From Isurus oxyrinchus (lineage: Eukaryota), in the NCBI GenBank assembly GCA_026770705.1, contig JANJGN010000034.1, forward strand, positions 5,394,001-5,458,000: a DNA stretch of 64,000 nt. Reading direction: 5' to 3'. Below, piece by piece: positions 39,600-54,070 of the stretch. Made by a program: the position numbers and the translations under genes. The notes under the pieces are model-generated. The model was not told where the DNA came from. It saw only the letters and a program-made list of their open reading frames with translations, and searched no databases. Positions within the stretch are counted from its first letter, which is position 1. Each line of letters starts with the position of its first letter.

Positions 39600-42500
39600 T
39601 TTTCTGTACAGTCAATATGAAAAGCTCGGAACCAAAATAAGAAACAGAGCCTCCAAAGTAATTATCTCTGGATTATTACCTGAGGCATGTGAAAATTAGC
39701 ATACAACAAATCTGATCAGAGAGATGGATATGTGGTGCACAGACTATTGTGGGAGAAGTGGATTCGAGTTCCAGGAGAAATGGCACCTGTACTGGTGCAA
39801 TTTGACGCTGTAAACTTAGGACGGTGTACATCTGGAATTTGTGGGCGTTCTTCCAAATAACGTAATAAGGTAAATATTGGGGGCTTAAAGCTAAAAAAGG
39901 AGTGCGAGGGATCAAGCTTGTGTATATGTAACAAGTCAAAGTGAGTTTCAGGGCATGACAGCATAATACAAACATGGGAAATGCCTGTCATGGAATAGCA
40001 GGGATGGGCAGAGATATATGACGCAAGCATAGAACAATAGCACAAGACTGGAAGTAACAAAAAAAGCAAAAGGACAAAATTAACGGTCATATATCTGAAT
40101 GCTCATAGCATTCATAACGAAATAAATTAAATGCAGCACACTCTGAACTAAATAAGTATGACTTGATAGTTATTATGGAGAAGCCGTTTCAGTCTGAGAT
40201 CCTGGGTCCTGAATTTTTAAGGGAACATGACATTTGAGAAGGATATGAAGCTCAGTAAATATGAAATGGTTTTACTGTTGATCAATAATGGCAGTCATGC
40301 ATCAGTTATCTTACCTTCATTCAGGACATCATGATGTAGAAAAGGTTTGGGTGGAGATGAGGAATAATATGGGGGCAGAAAAATCACAAGTGTAACTGAA
40401 TCCTTAACAGCAAGTGCAATGAATGGCGAAGCAAGCGTGAATAAATATTGAGTGCTTGTGGTAAAGGAAGTGCAAAATTCATGGGTGATTTTAATTTGAA
40501 TATAAACTGGAATAAGCAGATTGGAAGTTGTCTCCTGGATGAAGAGTCCATAGAATGGTTTCTGAATTCCTTTTTGGACTTCACATTCTGGAACCGAAAG
40601 GAGAATAGACTATATTGGAATTGGTATTGTCTAAAGTGACATGATTTGTTGATCACCTCATAGGGAAGGCACTCCTTGATAGCAGGGACCACAAAATAAT
40701 TGAAATTTATTCTCAGTTTGAAAAGTATAAGTGTTGGCCTAAGACCTTTATTTTAAACTTTAGAAATGGCAACTGTGAGGAGTTGTGAACTGTGCTAGCT
40801 GAACTGAACTGAGCCAGACGGCTAGAGGATAGATGAATAAACAATCAGTGGGAGACATTTTATGCAACATTTCAGAAACTCAGAATGTGTATATTCCAAC
40901 AGTAAATAAAAATTCTCAGGCACCAACCATCTGCGCTTAATGAAAGAAGTTAAGGAAAACAGCAAACAATTGGAAAAGCATGTAACTGCAAGTATAAATG
41001 CAAGCCGGATGATTGGTTAGAATATAAAGAACGGCAGAGAATGACCAAAAGGTGAGTCAGAAAAGACATTAGCGAATGAGAGGTAGTTAGCAAGTAATAT
41101 TAAAAAAAACAAGAATTTATGCACATATTTAGAAAGAATATTTGTCTTCGAATATGTGAGGACATAGTAATCGATAACAAGGATATTAATGATGAAAGTA
41201 ATACATATGTTGCTTCTGTCCTCGGTATATTGGATGTAAAACACACTCCAGTAATAGCTGTAAATCAAGAGATGGAAGGTAGATTGCAAAATGATGTAAT
41301 TAATATCACAAGGGAAGCTGCACTAAGCAGACCGATGGAACTGATGGCTTCCATGTCTCTGGATGTTGATGGCCTTTATCCTGGGGACTTAAAAATGTTG
41401 GAGCCGAGGTAATGGATATGCTGGTGATAATTTTGCAAAATTTGCGATATTATGGAAATGATCGATTGGACTTAAAGCTAGCAAATGCAAAAAAAATATT
41501 CAAGAAGGGAGGAGAGCTCAAAACAAAAATCTAACTGACATTTAGCTTGGCATTTGTAGTGAGAAAGTTATTGGAATCGATCATTAACGAGGCTATAGTT
41601 GGGCAGTTAGAAACACTCCAGATTGTCGGCAAGAGTTAGCATGTTTTTGTGAAAGGGAAATCATGTTCAAGGCATTTGTTAGACTTCTTCAAAGGTATAA
41701 CATGCTCTATGGATAACGGGCAGCCTGTAGAAGTGCTGTACGTGGATATCCAGAAGGTATTGTTAACATGCCATGTTAAAGTTTACTGCGGAAAATAAAA
41801 GCCCACGATGCTTGGGGTAACATTTTAGCATGGATAGAATATTGGCTGGTTAGCAGCAAACACAACATACATAAATTGGTGTTTTCTGAATGACAGGATG
41901 CGGCAATTTGTGCATTAAAGGCTTCCGGCCTGGGGTGTGAACACTTTAATTGTTTTATCACTGATTTAGAAGAGTTGAGTGAAAGCATGGTAGCTAAATT
42001 TTCAGATGACACAGAATTGGCTAGAAAGTATGTCGTCAAGGGGGCTAAGGAGGTTCCAGACACAGCACAAATATGTTACGTGAGTGGGCAGATAATGTGG
42101 TAGATGCAGTTGAATGGAAGAAAATATGAAGTTATTCACTTTGGCAGGAAAAAAAAACAGCAAAGCAGAATATTACTTAAACGGAGAAACGCTGCATGAT
42201 TTCGAGGTGCAGCTAGGTGTTCTAGTACGTGGGTCACAAGACGTGTGTATGCAGTTTGAGCAAGTAATTAAGACTTTTATGGAATGTTATCCTTTATTAC
42301 TAGAAAATTGGACATAAAAATAATGATGCAACGCTTCAGTTTTACCGAGCATTGGTGAAACGCCACACGAATACTGTGTGCAGCTTTCGTAAGTTTGTTT
42401 GAATAAGAATGCAAATGTGGTGGAGGTGCTTCAAAGGAAGTTTATTGGATTGATACTGGAATGTATTGTTTATATCATGAGTAACAGATAGGCAACCTTA

Positions 42501-42900
42501 GTTTGTTTCCACTAGCATATAGAACAATGAGGGTAAAGTACATTCATTATATATAACCATGTATGGTATTAAAAAGGTGGACGTGGAAAGGATGTTCCCC
42601 CTGGTGGGCGTGCCCAGAACCAGGGGCTCTGTTTTCGGACCATTGTTAGCCAAATTTGTACAGAGATCCGGATTTTATTTTATTTTCTTGGAGATTCTGC
42701 AACTTTGGAATGCTCTTTCTGCAATGGTGTTGGACTCGTTGTAACATAATATTATTAAGGCTGAGTTAGATATATACTTGTTTGGCATTGAAGAAAAGGT
42801 TTTCGGAGGCACTAGAGGATGTGGAAGTCGAAACAAAAACAGATCAGCCACGATCTAATTGAATGGCTAAGCAGAATCGATGGCCTGCATTGCTCTTGTT
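39600..42900 (+). mobile_element. Long degenerate CR1 LINE (end of ORF1 + ORF2)
   Basis: MGDFNLNINW (endonuclease), 'gtgaaagggaaatcatgtt' (GKSC), 'ctaaattttcagatgacac' (KF[A/S]DDT), VDVERMFPLVG; collinear with 29780-32490. Confidence 0.9.
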
Positions 42901-43019
42901 TTGTAAGGTTCTATATTCGTGTGCAACACGTTTTTCTTTACCTTTACGTGGCCGTGGACGTGGATGTGGCTGGCCAGGTCAGCTTTTATTTTGCACCCAA
43001 AAATGCCCTTAAGAGTAGT

Positions 43020-43740
43020 TGTGAGTAGGGTGCAAAGAGTCTTCCATCGAATAGTAATCCGTCAGATAAATGGCGAAAAATGGCACATGGAATGTAATGT
43101 GGGGAAATATTAGATTTCCTACTTTCACAGGAATAATAGAAAAGTGGAACATAACGTAACTGGAAAGGCATGGCACAATGTTCATATATAGAGCGTTTGG
43201 GTTCTCGTTGCACTAAAATCACCAAAAAAAGTCGGCATGCAGGCTCAGCAATTAATTATGAAGTAAAACGGGACCTTTGCATTTCTTGCCTCTTCAAGCG
43301 GCATACTTGAATTGGAGAACGTTCAGATTAGAGTTTCGAGGCTAATTCTTGGAATGAAATTGTTGTCTTATGGGGAAATGTTGGGCCTATACCCGTTTTT
43401 CTTTAACGGAATTATAGTACACTATTGAAATGAAAGCAAGGATTTTGAGGGGGCTAGATCGAGCAGGTTTAAGCAGATCTTTCCCCTCCTAGGGAAACAT
43501 ATTCGAAATAGTGATTCTCTAAGCTAAGAGCGAGATGGGAGAAATTTCTTCTTTGAAAAAGATGCTTGCATTTGGAATTCTTCTTCGCCAATGGAACAGT
43601 GGAGTCTCGGCCATGGCACGTATTCATGGTTGAGTTCGACAGATTTTTCATTGGCAAATGATTCAAGGGTTATTTGGGGCCAGTGGGAAAACGTCCAGCA
43701 AAGAGCAAAACAGACACCCATTAGCTTATTCACCTCAGAA
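43020..43740 (+). mobile_element. CR1 LINE 3' fragment
   Basis: KWHMECNVGKY motif; 'ttggaattc', 'tattcatggttgagttcgacagatttt'. Confidence 0.7.
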
Positions 43741-43859
43741 TCAGGTGTGAGCAGCCAAAGGGGGGACTCGTGCTTCAACTTCTCATCTTCTTCTGTTCTT
43801 TAATCCAAGTGGATGGAATTCACTTGAGCCTCTCTGGCAAATTACCCTCGATACTCAAA

Positions 43860-44380
43860 TCACTAGGGATGTGGACATGGCTTTTATAAAGCAAATGCAA
43901 ACAATGGGAGAATGTTGTCTGTTGAGTTTGATTTGAGGGAAGTGTATAAATCTAATGAAGAAGGGGGAGACAATGGTGCAGGTGCAACATATTGTTTGTG
44001 ATCACGAAAGTGCAGCAGAAAGGGGCAGAAATAAAATCTAAGGAGTACCACTGCAAAAAGTGTCGTAATAGAGATAATCATTGACAATGTGGAGCTAAAG
44101 AATATTTTTCTAAATGCACAATGATTTCGTAGCAAATTAGAAGAGATGGTGACATAACTAGATAGAGCTAGAAATGATAAGATAGACATTACAGAGACAA
44201 GATTGGAAAGTGACAAAAGCTGGAAAATCAATATCCAAATAATTTGACAATCATCAAAGATAGGAAGAATAGAAATGGAGTCACTTCGTTCTTTTAGGAA
44301 TGCATGAGACCAGTGAAATTATGAGAAATTACCATGCCTTGGAAAGGAAGATATGAAGTATGTGCGCATGAACATGGTGA
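43860..44380 (+). mobile_element. CR1 ORF1/endonuclease junction fragment
   Basis: 'ttctaaatgcaca' (LNA) and 'attacagagacaagattg' (ITET-L) endonuclease-start motifs. Confidence 0.5.
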
Positions 44381-46229
44381 GGTAGCTCCAAGATGTTATT
44401 CTGCTCGATCTGCATATTTTCGTCCACTGAAAACACCCTTCGGGTTATTGACAATCAGCGAACTGTGGATTTTTCATTAGTATATATTCTATATTCTCTG
44501 TGGTTGCTTGTTAAACCTTCTGCTTATACAAAATAAATTCTGCAATTCAGCCCTGATATATCCGCTCGTACCTTCTCCCATTTTCAGCTTAGCAGGAGCC
44601 TTTAACCATTGTTATTTTTTAATTGTGCGAAAGGCATAATAAGTAGACTTTAATGTTGTTGATATAACTTGATTTATTTTTCCTCAGTTCCACTAATGGA
44701 ATAATTTATTCACAGTCCTTTAATTTTAAACGCATACATTATATTACATAATAAGCTGTTAAAGTAGCACTGCTGTACTAAGACTACTTTCCTGTCTTCC
44801 AAACATAATGTCTGTGCGTGCTTCTCTGGTTGTAGCTTCTAATCTTCAAACATTCTGTCATGCTTTGAAGTTCTTTTGGAAGTGTCGTGGTCATTGTCGT
44901 CATAGTAAATGGAGGGTGATGCAAATTTTACTTGCATCGTTTCAGTCTTTTTTTCAGTTCCATCAAATACAATTGATACCTGCCTCAGATCTTCTTGACA
45001 AGCAGCGGTAGATAAACAGAAATACACGTTATAATCGTGCTTCAAATTTCCGTGGTTGAGACTTCCTCATAAATCATTGGAATTAGAGGAAGTGAAGGGT
45101 TGTAGCTGTTCATTGCTACACCATGGATGTAGTAGCATTGCAATTATATCATTAGAGGCCACAACTAGAATCCCTCGGCTAATGATTTCCGGTATCTGAA
45201 GAATTTTGGTTCAAACAATTAATTAAAGTAGTCGGGAGTACAAAGTTTGCATAAATACTAATGCCAATCAACCTAACAAACGCATATTGTTCCACCAAAA
45301 ATACGTGTGCTGTTCAATTGACTATTTTCCTGAAGGTTTTCAGAGAGTAGGAAAAAAATGGTTATAACATCATAATGGCACTGAATGAGACCATACAGTT
45401 CATCAATTCTCTGTGGACTCCAAGGGGAAAAAATCAGAATTATTTCTCCAAACTATCCATCAAGTTTTGCAAGTTTGAGCAAGTGCCCATCGTGTTTTCC
45501 TTTGTAGCAATAAATTTTCCGGACATCTATAAATCAGTGAACAGCAGATTCCAGACGAAAACAGTCGTTCTGTCAAAATTAACTTTCCTCAGACTGCTTA
45601 CCACTGTTGTCTAAAATCTTACTCGGTTTCGCTCAGTTGGTATAATGTTTGCTGATGGAAATCGCTTTATTTTCTAAGCTAAGCTGTCAAACCTTCTAAG
45701 CCTCTCTTTAATCAGGCATTAATGTCCATCTCTCCAAGAATAGCACCAGCACCTTCTATAACATAAGATAAACGCTAGATTCTCAACCCTGGAACCACCA
45801 TGAAAAATACAGCTTCGTAAAGCAATAAAAGCCTTCCGATTGTGTTGTGTCAGAACTGTTCATGCTAATTTTATTATGGCGTGTGGAGATTTATGTAGTT
45901 TCAGAATAAAGCCCCTATTTTTTTTCGGTTCAACACCACTGATTCAAGGAAATGTATCAATACGGCTAGCAAATGTTCGCCCAACAATACCTCTAGGCAC
46001 CAGTGGCAATGTATCACTAAACATTCTACGCTGTGCACTGTTACAAATTGTTCAAATTAATCTACATAGCCTCTGGGTAGCCGTTCTACCGTGATACGGG
46101 GCATTAACATATGTGCTGTTCCATTCAATATTTATCATCATACCTGGTTGTCACTGCTGCATTTTTGGACTGCACATGCCTGCAAATCGAAAGTCCTCAG
46201 TCACCCAAATGCCAGGCACTCTCCCTGCG

Positions 46230-46482
46230 CCCCCCCACCCCCACCACCACCACCACACCTCCCCCCCCCCCATCTGCACACCAAACCAGCCCCAGCAACC
46301 CACACAAGCACACACACACATAGACACACAATTTGTCTCGTGCACACAGTTGAAGATATACATTGGAATGGGCACATATTTGCCCACACAAAGTACACAC
46401 ACTCAGACACACATGCACACACACACACATACACACACACACGCACACACACACACACACACAGGTACTCACACACACACAA
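46230..46482 (+). repeat. C-rich tract plus interrupted (CA)n microsatellite
   Basis: Seen directly; explains the low-complexity ORFs 46091-46580. Confidence 0.95.
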
Positions 46483-46787
46483 GCAGAGGCATATTTACAG
46501 ACGCACGTTCAAATAAAAGTTTTACTTTCGGGAACACAATGACCAATCTACCATCCTACTTGCTGTGCAACAGCCATTAGCAGCAGCCTGATATTTTCCT
46601 GGAATCAGAAATTTATCTTATTTGATATTTAAAACAAATCGTTTTCAATGGGGAAGTAAGGGTTTTAGTAATATCAAGTTATTGTTACAAGCCATTTCCT
46701 TGCAAAGCTGAAAGTGTACAAAACGGGGAAATACTTTAAGTGCAATCACACACAAAAGGAGGAGTGTAGAGAATACATATGAATAAC

Positions 46788-46832
46788 AATAATATTATTA
46801 TTATTATTATTAATAATAATAATAATAATAAT
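46788..46832. repeat. Abutting (ATT)n/(AAT)n microsatellite forming a palindrome
   Basis: ...attattattattattatt|aataataataataataataat... Confidence 0.95.
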
Positions 46833-47379
46833 GGATTTGCATCAGGATGTAGAAACGCCACAGTTTTGTGTGCATCAAGGCAATGAGCAACAGGTGACTC
46901 CGCACGAAATGGAAAACACAGGTGTTTTATCCAAATTCATCTTTTCAAACAAAGGATGGAGCTATGCTTTGTAGATCTACGTGTTACAGAACGCAGTAAA
47001 CAAGCGGTTAAAACAATGATGGCTACTGGAAACTCGTGGTTTCAAAGAGTGAAAATTTAATGCCTGCAAAACAGGATCAGAACGAAGTTGTTAAACTGTG
47101 GTACGTGCTGGAAATTCAGCTTCATTAACTATACAGTTCGCCATTTCGAGCTAATTTACTTTTGTTAACATCCACGAAATTCAACTGAGCAGTTTTCTAG
47201 TGGGTGCTGCCATAACAGCAGGGAAAGCGATGTTTAGGAATTCGAGTTCTCTAAACAAATTAATCAACTGGAAAGCGAACATGCTTTTCCATCCTAATTC
47301 TGAATGGTGTGTCAGAAGAATCAAATAATTGTAGGATTTTAATTTTCTTGGTCTCATGCGCCAGTGGAATAATGGCAAA

Positions 47380-48650
47380 CACATGGTCACAGCCAAATTC
47401 ATCGCAGTAGGAAGAGCAAACATCTTTCCAGTCAGAATATTGAAGGCAACATACCTGGCTCATTGGAATCCAATGATAAAGGCTAGGGTAGCCAACTTAA
47501 CCTCTCTCAATGGCCATTCACTCATTGCACAGTTGCACTGGCATTGACATGAAGCTGCACATGCTTTCATGGAAACTGCGGGTAAATTTGCCTTGGGGAT
47601 ACCAATGGGTCAGCAAATACAGGATTACAGTTGTGTTCAGGATCCAAAACACATGACCATGCAGGAAACAAAAAATGTAACAAGCTCGTGGGAAAGACAA
47701 GGTGCAATCATTTGGATCCAGTCCATTGTACTTAATAGGTTTATCCAGACCCACGTAACACTAAATAGAACTTCGTAATTTATTTTCCACTTCAGGTAAG
47801 GGAAGATGAAATTCCGTCAATGAGCCCTCTTAGAAATTGTAGTGTACATATGCAGTAGAATATTAAGAGTGTTCAGCTCTAAGAACCGGCACAACGACTG
47901 ATACATTCCTATCACGTGAATACTGAGAGCAGATTCAAGATGCAGACATTGTTCTCTGGGGAGATGTCCACACAAGATTCCAACATAATGGGCAATAAAC
48001 CCAAAACTCACCAGAACTGAGATTTTATCCATGTTAAAAGACAAGCATCATTACTGGCTGGTTAATTTAATAGGAATTCTCAAGAACTCACGATATTCAA
48101 GAGGTTATTTGGAACATGCAGATACAAAGATCCCCTGTTACTTCATTCCTCAATCAAGATATGTTCCAACAGCATATGGGCAGATTCCCAGAGAATATCC
48201 CTGGATGTGTATGCATATCAGATGATATTCCATTGCTGGGCAGAACTGGAAAGCATGGCTGGAATCCATACTAATTGTGGCAACAGCTTCTCTTGAATGA
48301 CTGTTCTTCAAAAGCAAGAGGTGCCAGGTGAATAGAAGTCGAATTAACGTTTTATTTTTTCCGGATCTTCTTATTCCATTTTGCTTAACTGTCCTCATCC
48401 TGGGAAGCACAAAGATACACTGCTTCTGTACACTCTGCAGCACAAAGAGGACCTGCAATTATATCCCAGGTTTTTGAACTTTTTGGTGCCACAGGTGACT
48501 AACAATGCCTCTTTAACCAGGGAAATGCCAAGGAAGTGTTTTCCATCTTTATGGCTGGCGGACCAGCAAGGCACCCTCGGATTAATGAAAGAGGCTTTGT
48601 TGGAAGAGGTTTGTATTCTACTAGATTACAGTCCAAGAGCATAGCCGTTC
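47380..48650 (+). mobile_element. Gypsy/Ty3 LTR-retrotransposon pol remnant (protease + RT)
   Basis: RANIFPVRILKATY (decayed DTGA-ANILP protease region); SQDMFQQHM...IPGCVCISDDI (RT DD box) near 48153-48230; broken frames. Confidence 0.75.
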
Positions 48651-50199
48651 ATAGAGAGCAAAACGTCTAAGAAAGGGTTCTAAACTTTCACTATGTAAGA
48701 TCACAAGCCAATCTTATTTATCTTTAGAAATATATCACAAGGACACTCTCACGATGAGAGCATCAAGCGCAAAACATACACTTTGATATTCGGTTCATAG
48801 TCTTGTGCTGCACCTCTCCCTCCCCGCAAAACTCATTCCCCCATCGAAAAACCCCTCGCCCCAGCTGGCCCCGCACCACCACCAGTAGGTGGGAGGGGCA
48901 GTGCAGCTGGGGCGGTTAGCGTAAAATTCCAATGGGGGCGATTCTCTCTCGGGTCCCGCGCTCCCTGACTTAGATGCTATTTAAAGTTCGGCATGGCAGG
49001 GCCTTGAACAGAAATCTTGCTCTTTCCCCAGTTTAGGCCCTTAAGTGCCTTATAATGCCGTCTTAAGGGCCTTTTCCAGCCAAGGCTCAATTTTCTGGCT
49101 GTCAGATCAGGCGGTAGATCACAATATACTGGCAAACATTGTAGGAGCATTGTACTACATGGGACATAAACTATGACATAGACTCGTCATAGTGTTGCAG
49201 CCCGCTGGTTTAGGTGAATAAATGCATTGTACCCTTAAGACATTAACGTTCGGAAACAGTATAAGGTCATCGTATTGCCGTGATGCACTCTAAAAACACA
49301 TATTTAGATAGAGTCTATCATCACCAAAGTACGTCATTCTTGGAAGGCATATTAGGCCGATCCCGGGCTGATGACATCGCTGGCTAAGCCAGCATTTACT
49401 GTCCATGCCGACAATCATTGCCAATTTGTTTGTTAGTATTCCGTGGATAACTGTTCATGCTAATTTCATACCTAGAGTCATGAGCGCTGAGTGCAAGTTT
49501 GCCTCCATCTTTTGACTTAAGTCGACCAATGACCACCATGACTACTGCCTGTACACCAATCCCCCACTTCCTCATTGGTTTATTGATCAGCAATTAACTG
49601 TGCCCTTATCCCAGGCACCACCGAGGCCATATACAGTCCTGGATCCAAGCCTGCCATCACAGAAAGGCATGGCAGATCATCTGTCTGTCGGAACCACCAT
49701 CACCAAAACTCTCCCTGTCTTCTTCGCCGATCAGTGCACAACAGAGGAATCGCATGTCCTGGTCTGGCCGCACTCCCCAGATAATACATTTTTATGAATA
49801 TTCAAAGAGGAATACTGAATGAAATACAAATAGGTGACTGTTCCTTCTTGCGTACCTGTCGGCCGCCCTTTCTCTCTCATCCTAAATGTGACTGGAGATC
49901 CTCAATTTGCGGGATACCGCCTCGCCCAAAGCGCTACACAGCAAACCCTGAACCTCAGCGAGTCACCGTATTGATGTCACTTTCTGCTCTAACTGCAAAA
50001 CACAGAACATGTTATTCTTCAGCAGAGGACACTCTCTGCAAATATGGTTATCCAGAACTTCGAAATCGCCTTGGACAACTCACAGGAACAAGATGTGCTC
50101 TCCTCTTTTCCAAGCTGCTCGCCATTCCACTATTTATTTTGCAATACATCTGACAAGTTAAATAGAGAGAAGGGAAATATCACCTGCTTCAGTCATCGG

Positions 50200-50410
50200 C
50201 TTCTTCTTTGCTGATGCACGTAAATATGGAGATGTCACCTCAGAGTCAAACTTTCGTGACTATATGACCCTTCTTCAGAGTTCTCATGAAGGGTGATAGA
50301 GAATCAAAACATTAACTCTGTTTCTCTCTCTGCAGATACTTTCAGGCATGCGCACTTTCTGTAACCTGTTCCGTTTTATTTCAGAGTCCAAATTCAGCTG
50401 TATTTTGCAT
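50200..50410. mobile_element. Old degenerate Penelope-like inverted-repeat remnant
   Basis: 'tttcgtgactatatgacccttcttcagag' abuts 'ttctcatgaagggtgatagagaatcaaaacattaactctgtttctctctctgcagat'; similar to the 22412-22713 arms. Confidence 0.6.
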
Positions 50411-51461
50411 TTATGATTAAGTAAATGCTCAATCCCTTCAGTGTTATCCACTCTTGGTAACCGTGCTTAAATATGACATCCATCTGTGTATAAATAATTG
50501 ACGATTCATTTGCAAGTCATGATCATTTATTTAAAATGATTTCCATTTGTATTGTAATTGCAGTAAATCAGCTAAAACAAATCACTTTTCATTTGATTAC
50601 TTTAGGTGAAATTAAAACTTTCCAGGAAGTTCATCTGATGATAATCATTACCTTTGACCCGATTTTGTTCTTGGCAAAATGAAGCAACGGTCTGGGCAGC
50701 TCTCGTCCCTGAGCACCCATAATCTCTTTTTTACAATATAAGGATGTTAAATATAATGTTTTAGTTTACATTTCGTAGGCATTAGATTATAATTACTTGC
50801 ACAGTTAATATTTGTTACTAAATTTGTTATCTGCTATTTACACTGTTCGTCCAGATGGAGACAGGATAAAGTGGAAACAATCCATCCTTCAACCTACCAG
50901 TTTCTTTGTGCCATTACGCTTCGCTCCATTTTTTTTCCACTAGCTCTATTCTGAATCCCACCGATTGCTTTTATATGGCCGCCGTGATCAATATGTTGCC
51001 ACTACTGGCTCCGTTCTTTATATTATTCCTGTTCGTATTGTGATCTCCTCGTTTGTATCAGTCTTTATAATGCTGCCACGCTCACTGTACTCCAGCTGCT
51101 CATCTCGCTCTTTCTGTTGCCGCTGTTCTTTCGGCACTCCAGTTGCTCCGCTGGCTCTTGTTTTCTTTCTCATTGACTGCAACGTGTTTGCTATGAGCAA
51201 TTTGCTCAAACTTTGAATATTTATTTTGAACAACACTGTTGAAATTACGTGGAAGCTGGACAAATGCATGCCGGTGAAAGTGTTAGATTCTTCTGCCGGC
51301 AGTTACTGAAAAAAAAAGTAGTTGAATGTATTATCTATGATTACGTGTGTGGTATACGAGCATATATGGAAATATGCTTTTCTTCAAGGCACTACAGTTA
51401 TGATGATTAAGAAAGTACAACATTATGCGTTTGATATTTTGAATCTATGCTTATGTTACAG

Positions 51462-51488
51462 ACCAGAGAGTGGATGACCTTAAAAAAG
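51462..51488 (+). CDS. micro-exon m15, 27 nt, DQRVDDLKK
   Basis: tatgcttatgttacag|ACCAGA...AAAAAAG|gtatgg. Confidence 0.85.
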
Positions 51489-51789
51489 GTATGGTCCAGT
51501 GGAATAACAAATGTCTTAGCTATTTGGCATAAGTTAAAATGTTACAATTTAGAGCATTAAAATTTAAATTGCTAAGTGAAATTCAGAAACACAGAAACGT
51601 CCCAGAACTTAATATAAAACATCAAGCAGAAATTTGGCTAATTTTGGTACATCGACCCTGCCTTACTTGATATCAAGGAACCGTAAGATTGATCGGCTGC
51701 CAAATGGGCTTCGGAATCCACTTGGAATAACCTGAGATACCTTACGATCTACGCTAAAAATCGACGGGGCATTTGTAGCGGGCACTCTA

Positions 51790-52700
51790 AAGAATACAGG
51801 AAGAAGATGGCCATTCGGCTAGCACTTTCCATGCTTCCTCTCCAAAAGCATGTGTTATCTCGTGACACTCCCCGGCTTCCAGCAAGTGTCTCTGTTCGTC
51901 CTTCCATTACCGTTTAATACTCAAGTTCTCACATAAGTGTTTCGATTGAACCTACTTCCACCACCCTCTCTGGCCAAGTGTTTCAGAACCTCGACCACTC
52001 GCTGCGTGAGAAGCCTTTTTCCTCAATTCCCCATTCTTGCTTTTATCAATTACCTAAAGCCGAGCCCTTTTTCTCTTGATGCATCCACCAATTTGACCAC
52101 TTATTTTCAGATTTATTCTACCCTTTCCACACTGTCCAGTCGCTTCATCATTTTTTATATCTCTATCAAATCTCATCTGACCATTCTATCCTGCGAGGAA
52201 AACATTCACAACCTTTCAAAATCCATCCAATACCATAAAGCGCTCCATCATAGAACATGTTCTGGAATCTGCTCAGCTTTGTCTGTAATTCATTAACATT
52301 ATTCCTAAAATTATGCGCCCAGTACTGAAAACAATAGACCAATTGAGGTCAATCCAATGATTTAAAAAATTCAACCTTTTTAAAATTTGTTCTCAATGTA
52401 TGGGTTAATAAAGACTAGGATGAAGTATCTTTTTTTTTTACCACACTCTCAATCTGTGCTCACACATAAAAAGATGTATGAACAGAACATTCAAGTTTCA
52501 CAGCTTCCCTGTGGCTGGTTTATAACATGTTGTCTTCTCTCCACTTTGTTCTCATCACAAGTGAATAAGTTCAAAATTCTAATTATTAACTTTCATCTGC
52601 CATTTCATCGTCAACTCCATCAACCATTCCACATGATCCTTCTCACTTTTCGCAATACTTTGAAATTTCGTATAATTCACAAATTTAGAAACTGAGTACT
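51790..52700 (-). mobile_element. CR1 LINE 3' fragment, antisense
   Basis: 'ggccattcggc', 'ttccaccaccctctc...gaccactcgctgcgtgagaa'; similar to 39120-39590. Confidence 0.7.
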
Positions 52701-53379
52701 GTTCAAAAATTGCGGCACGTTTTCAAACACCTTTTGGAAGACTGGTGGACATCAATAGAATTGCCGTTATCAAGTCTCTGTTTTACCTGATCAATAATAA
52801 TAAGAACAGGCCATGAATTTTTAGTTACTTAGTTTATTACTAAACTCATTTCTGGCAGTAAGAACATCGCCACAGGAAAATTTGGCATCAAGTGCATTCT
52901 TTATTTTCCAGAAAATTCAATGATGATACATCACCAAACAAAATGGCGGAAAGCAGTGTGCTTCAAATTGGCAATAGAGCTCCGAAAACGCTGGTCCATC
53001 CTTTTCAATTCGAGGCCCACTTTAGAATTATTCTCATACTCATTGGCGTTGGGATGGTGGGGGAGGTGGTGGTGCTGGTGGGAAGAGCAAATTTCAGAAT
53101 ATAATGTGTGGCACAAACTTCAAAATTAATTTTAACAAAAAGGAGACATATGATGAAAAACGAGTTGCTGAGCAAAGAAAAAAAAAACAAAAAGATAAAT
53201 CGTTTTCTTTTTAAAAATGAGTAACAAATAAAGACAAGCATTCGAGTGTGCAAGAGATGGTCTCCTGGTCCTGCTCACTTAGGGTATCAGGATGCAAAGC
53301 CAATGCGATGTGTTAGTGTTTGGGCGTGAGGATGAGAACCCTGCGATGGGTGTGAGCCAGACGCAAGCCATCTCGTTTC

Positions 53380-54070
53380 GATCACCCCTTCTATCGCACA
53401 CACAGATGCACACAAGGGTACAAACACTCGCACTTCCGTTCACACACGAACGTGTTAAGCCTTGCATTCACATATCCTCAACTTTTCAATCAAACAAGCT
53501 TACCTTCTCCCTCACAAACGCTCAATCTGTGATTCATGTTTTTCCAAATTGCCACATCTTCTCTCCCTCACTCCCACATTCGCTCACCCTGTTTCCCAAA
53601 CAAACTCAACTTCTCTCTCACACACACTCACCCTCTTTCACACAGCAATTGTATGGTCACCGTCTCTCCAAGATGCTCAGCCTCTCTGTCACACATGCAC
53701 ATGCTAACCAACTTTCACACAGATGGACACTTGCCCACCCACTCCCGCTCGCATACACGAATGCCCACAATGTCACACACACACAATGCACTCGCATTAA
53801 AACCCGTTCGGACTGCATCTCTTACACATTCTTACACAATCACACTCACTCATTCAACCTGAAAAGCACACTCATTCACCGATACTTACTCACTTACCAT
53901 CAGTTACTCACCCACCCTCTTACTCACTCACCCTAACACTTACTCACGATCACACAAACAAACTTATTAAGAAACAAACTCACTCATTCACCTTCACTCA
54001 TGGACTCACCGCCCTTACTCGCTCACCCAACCTCATATCCATTATCCAAAAACACTCACCATCATTCGCA
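53380..54070 (+). repeat. Degenerate CA/(ACTC)n low-complexity tract
   Basis: Repeated cactcactca/cacac units; explains the 214-aa H/T/S/L-rich ORF 53292-53936. Confidence 0.8.

Noticed and set aside
46091-46580. Overlapping 70-155-aa ORFs on both strands
   Set aside because: (CA)n and poly-C microsatellite artefacts
53292-53936. Longest ORF in the track (214 aa)
   Set aside because: Product of stop-poor CA/ACTC low-complexity sequence
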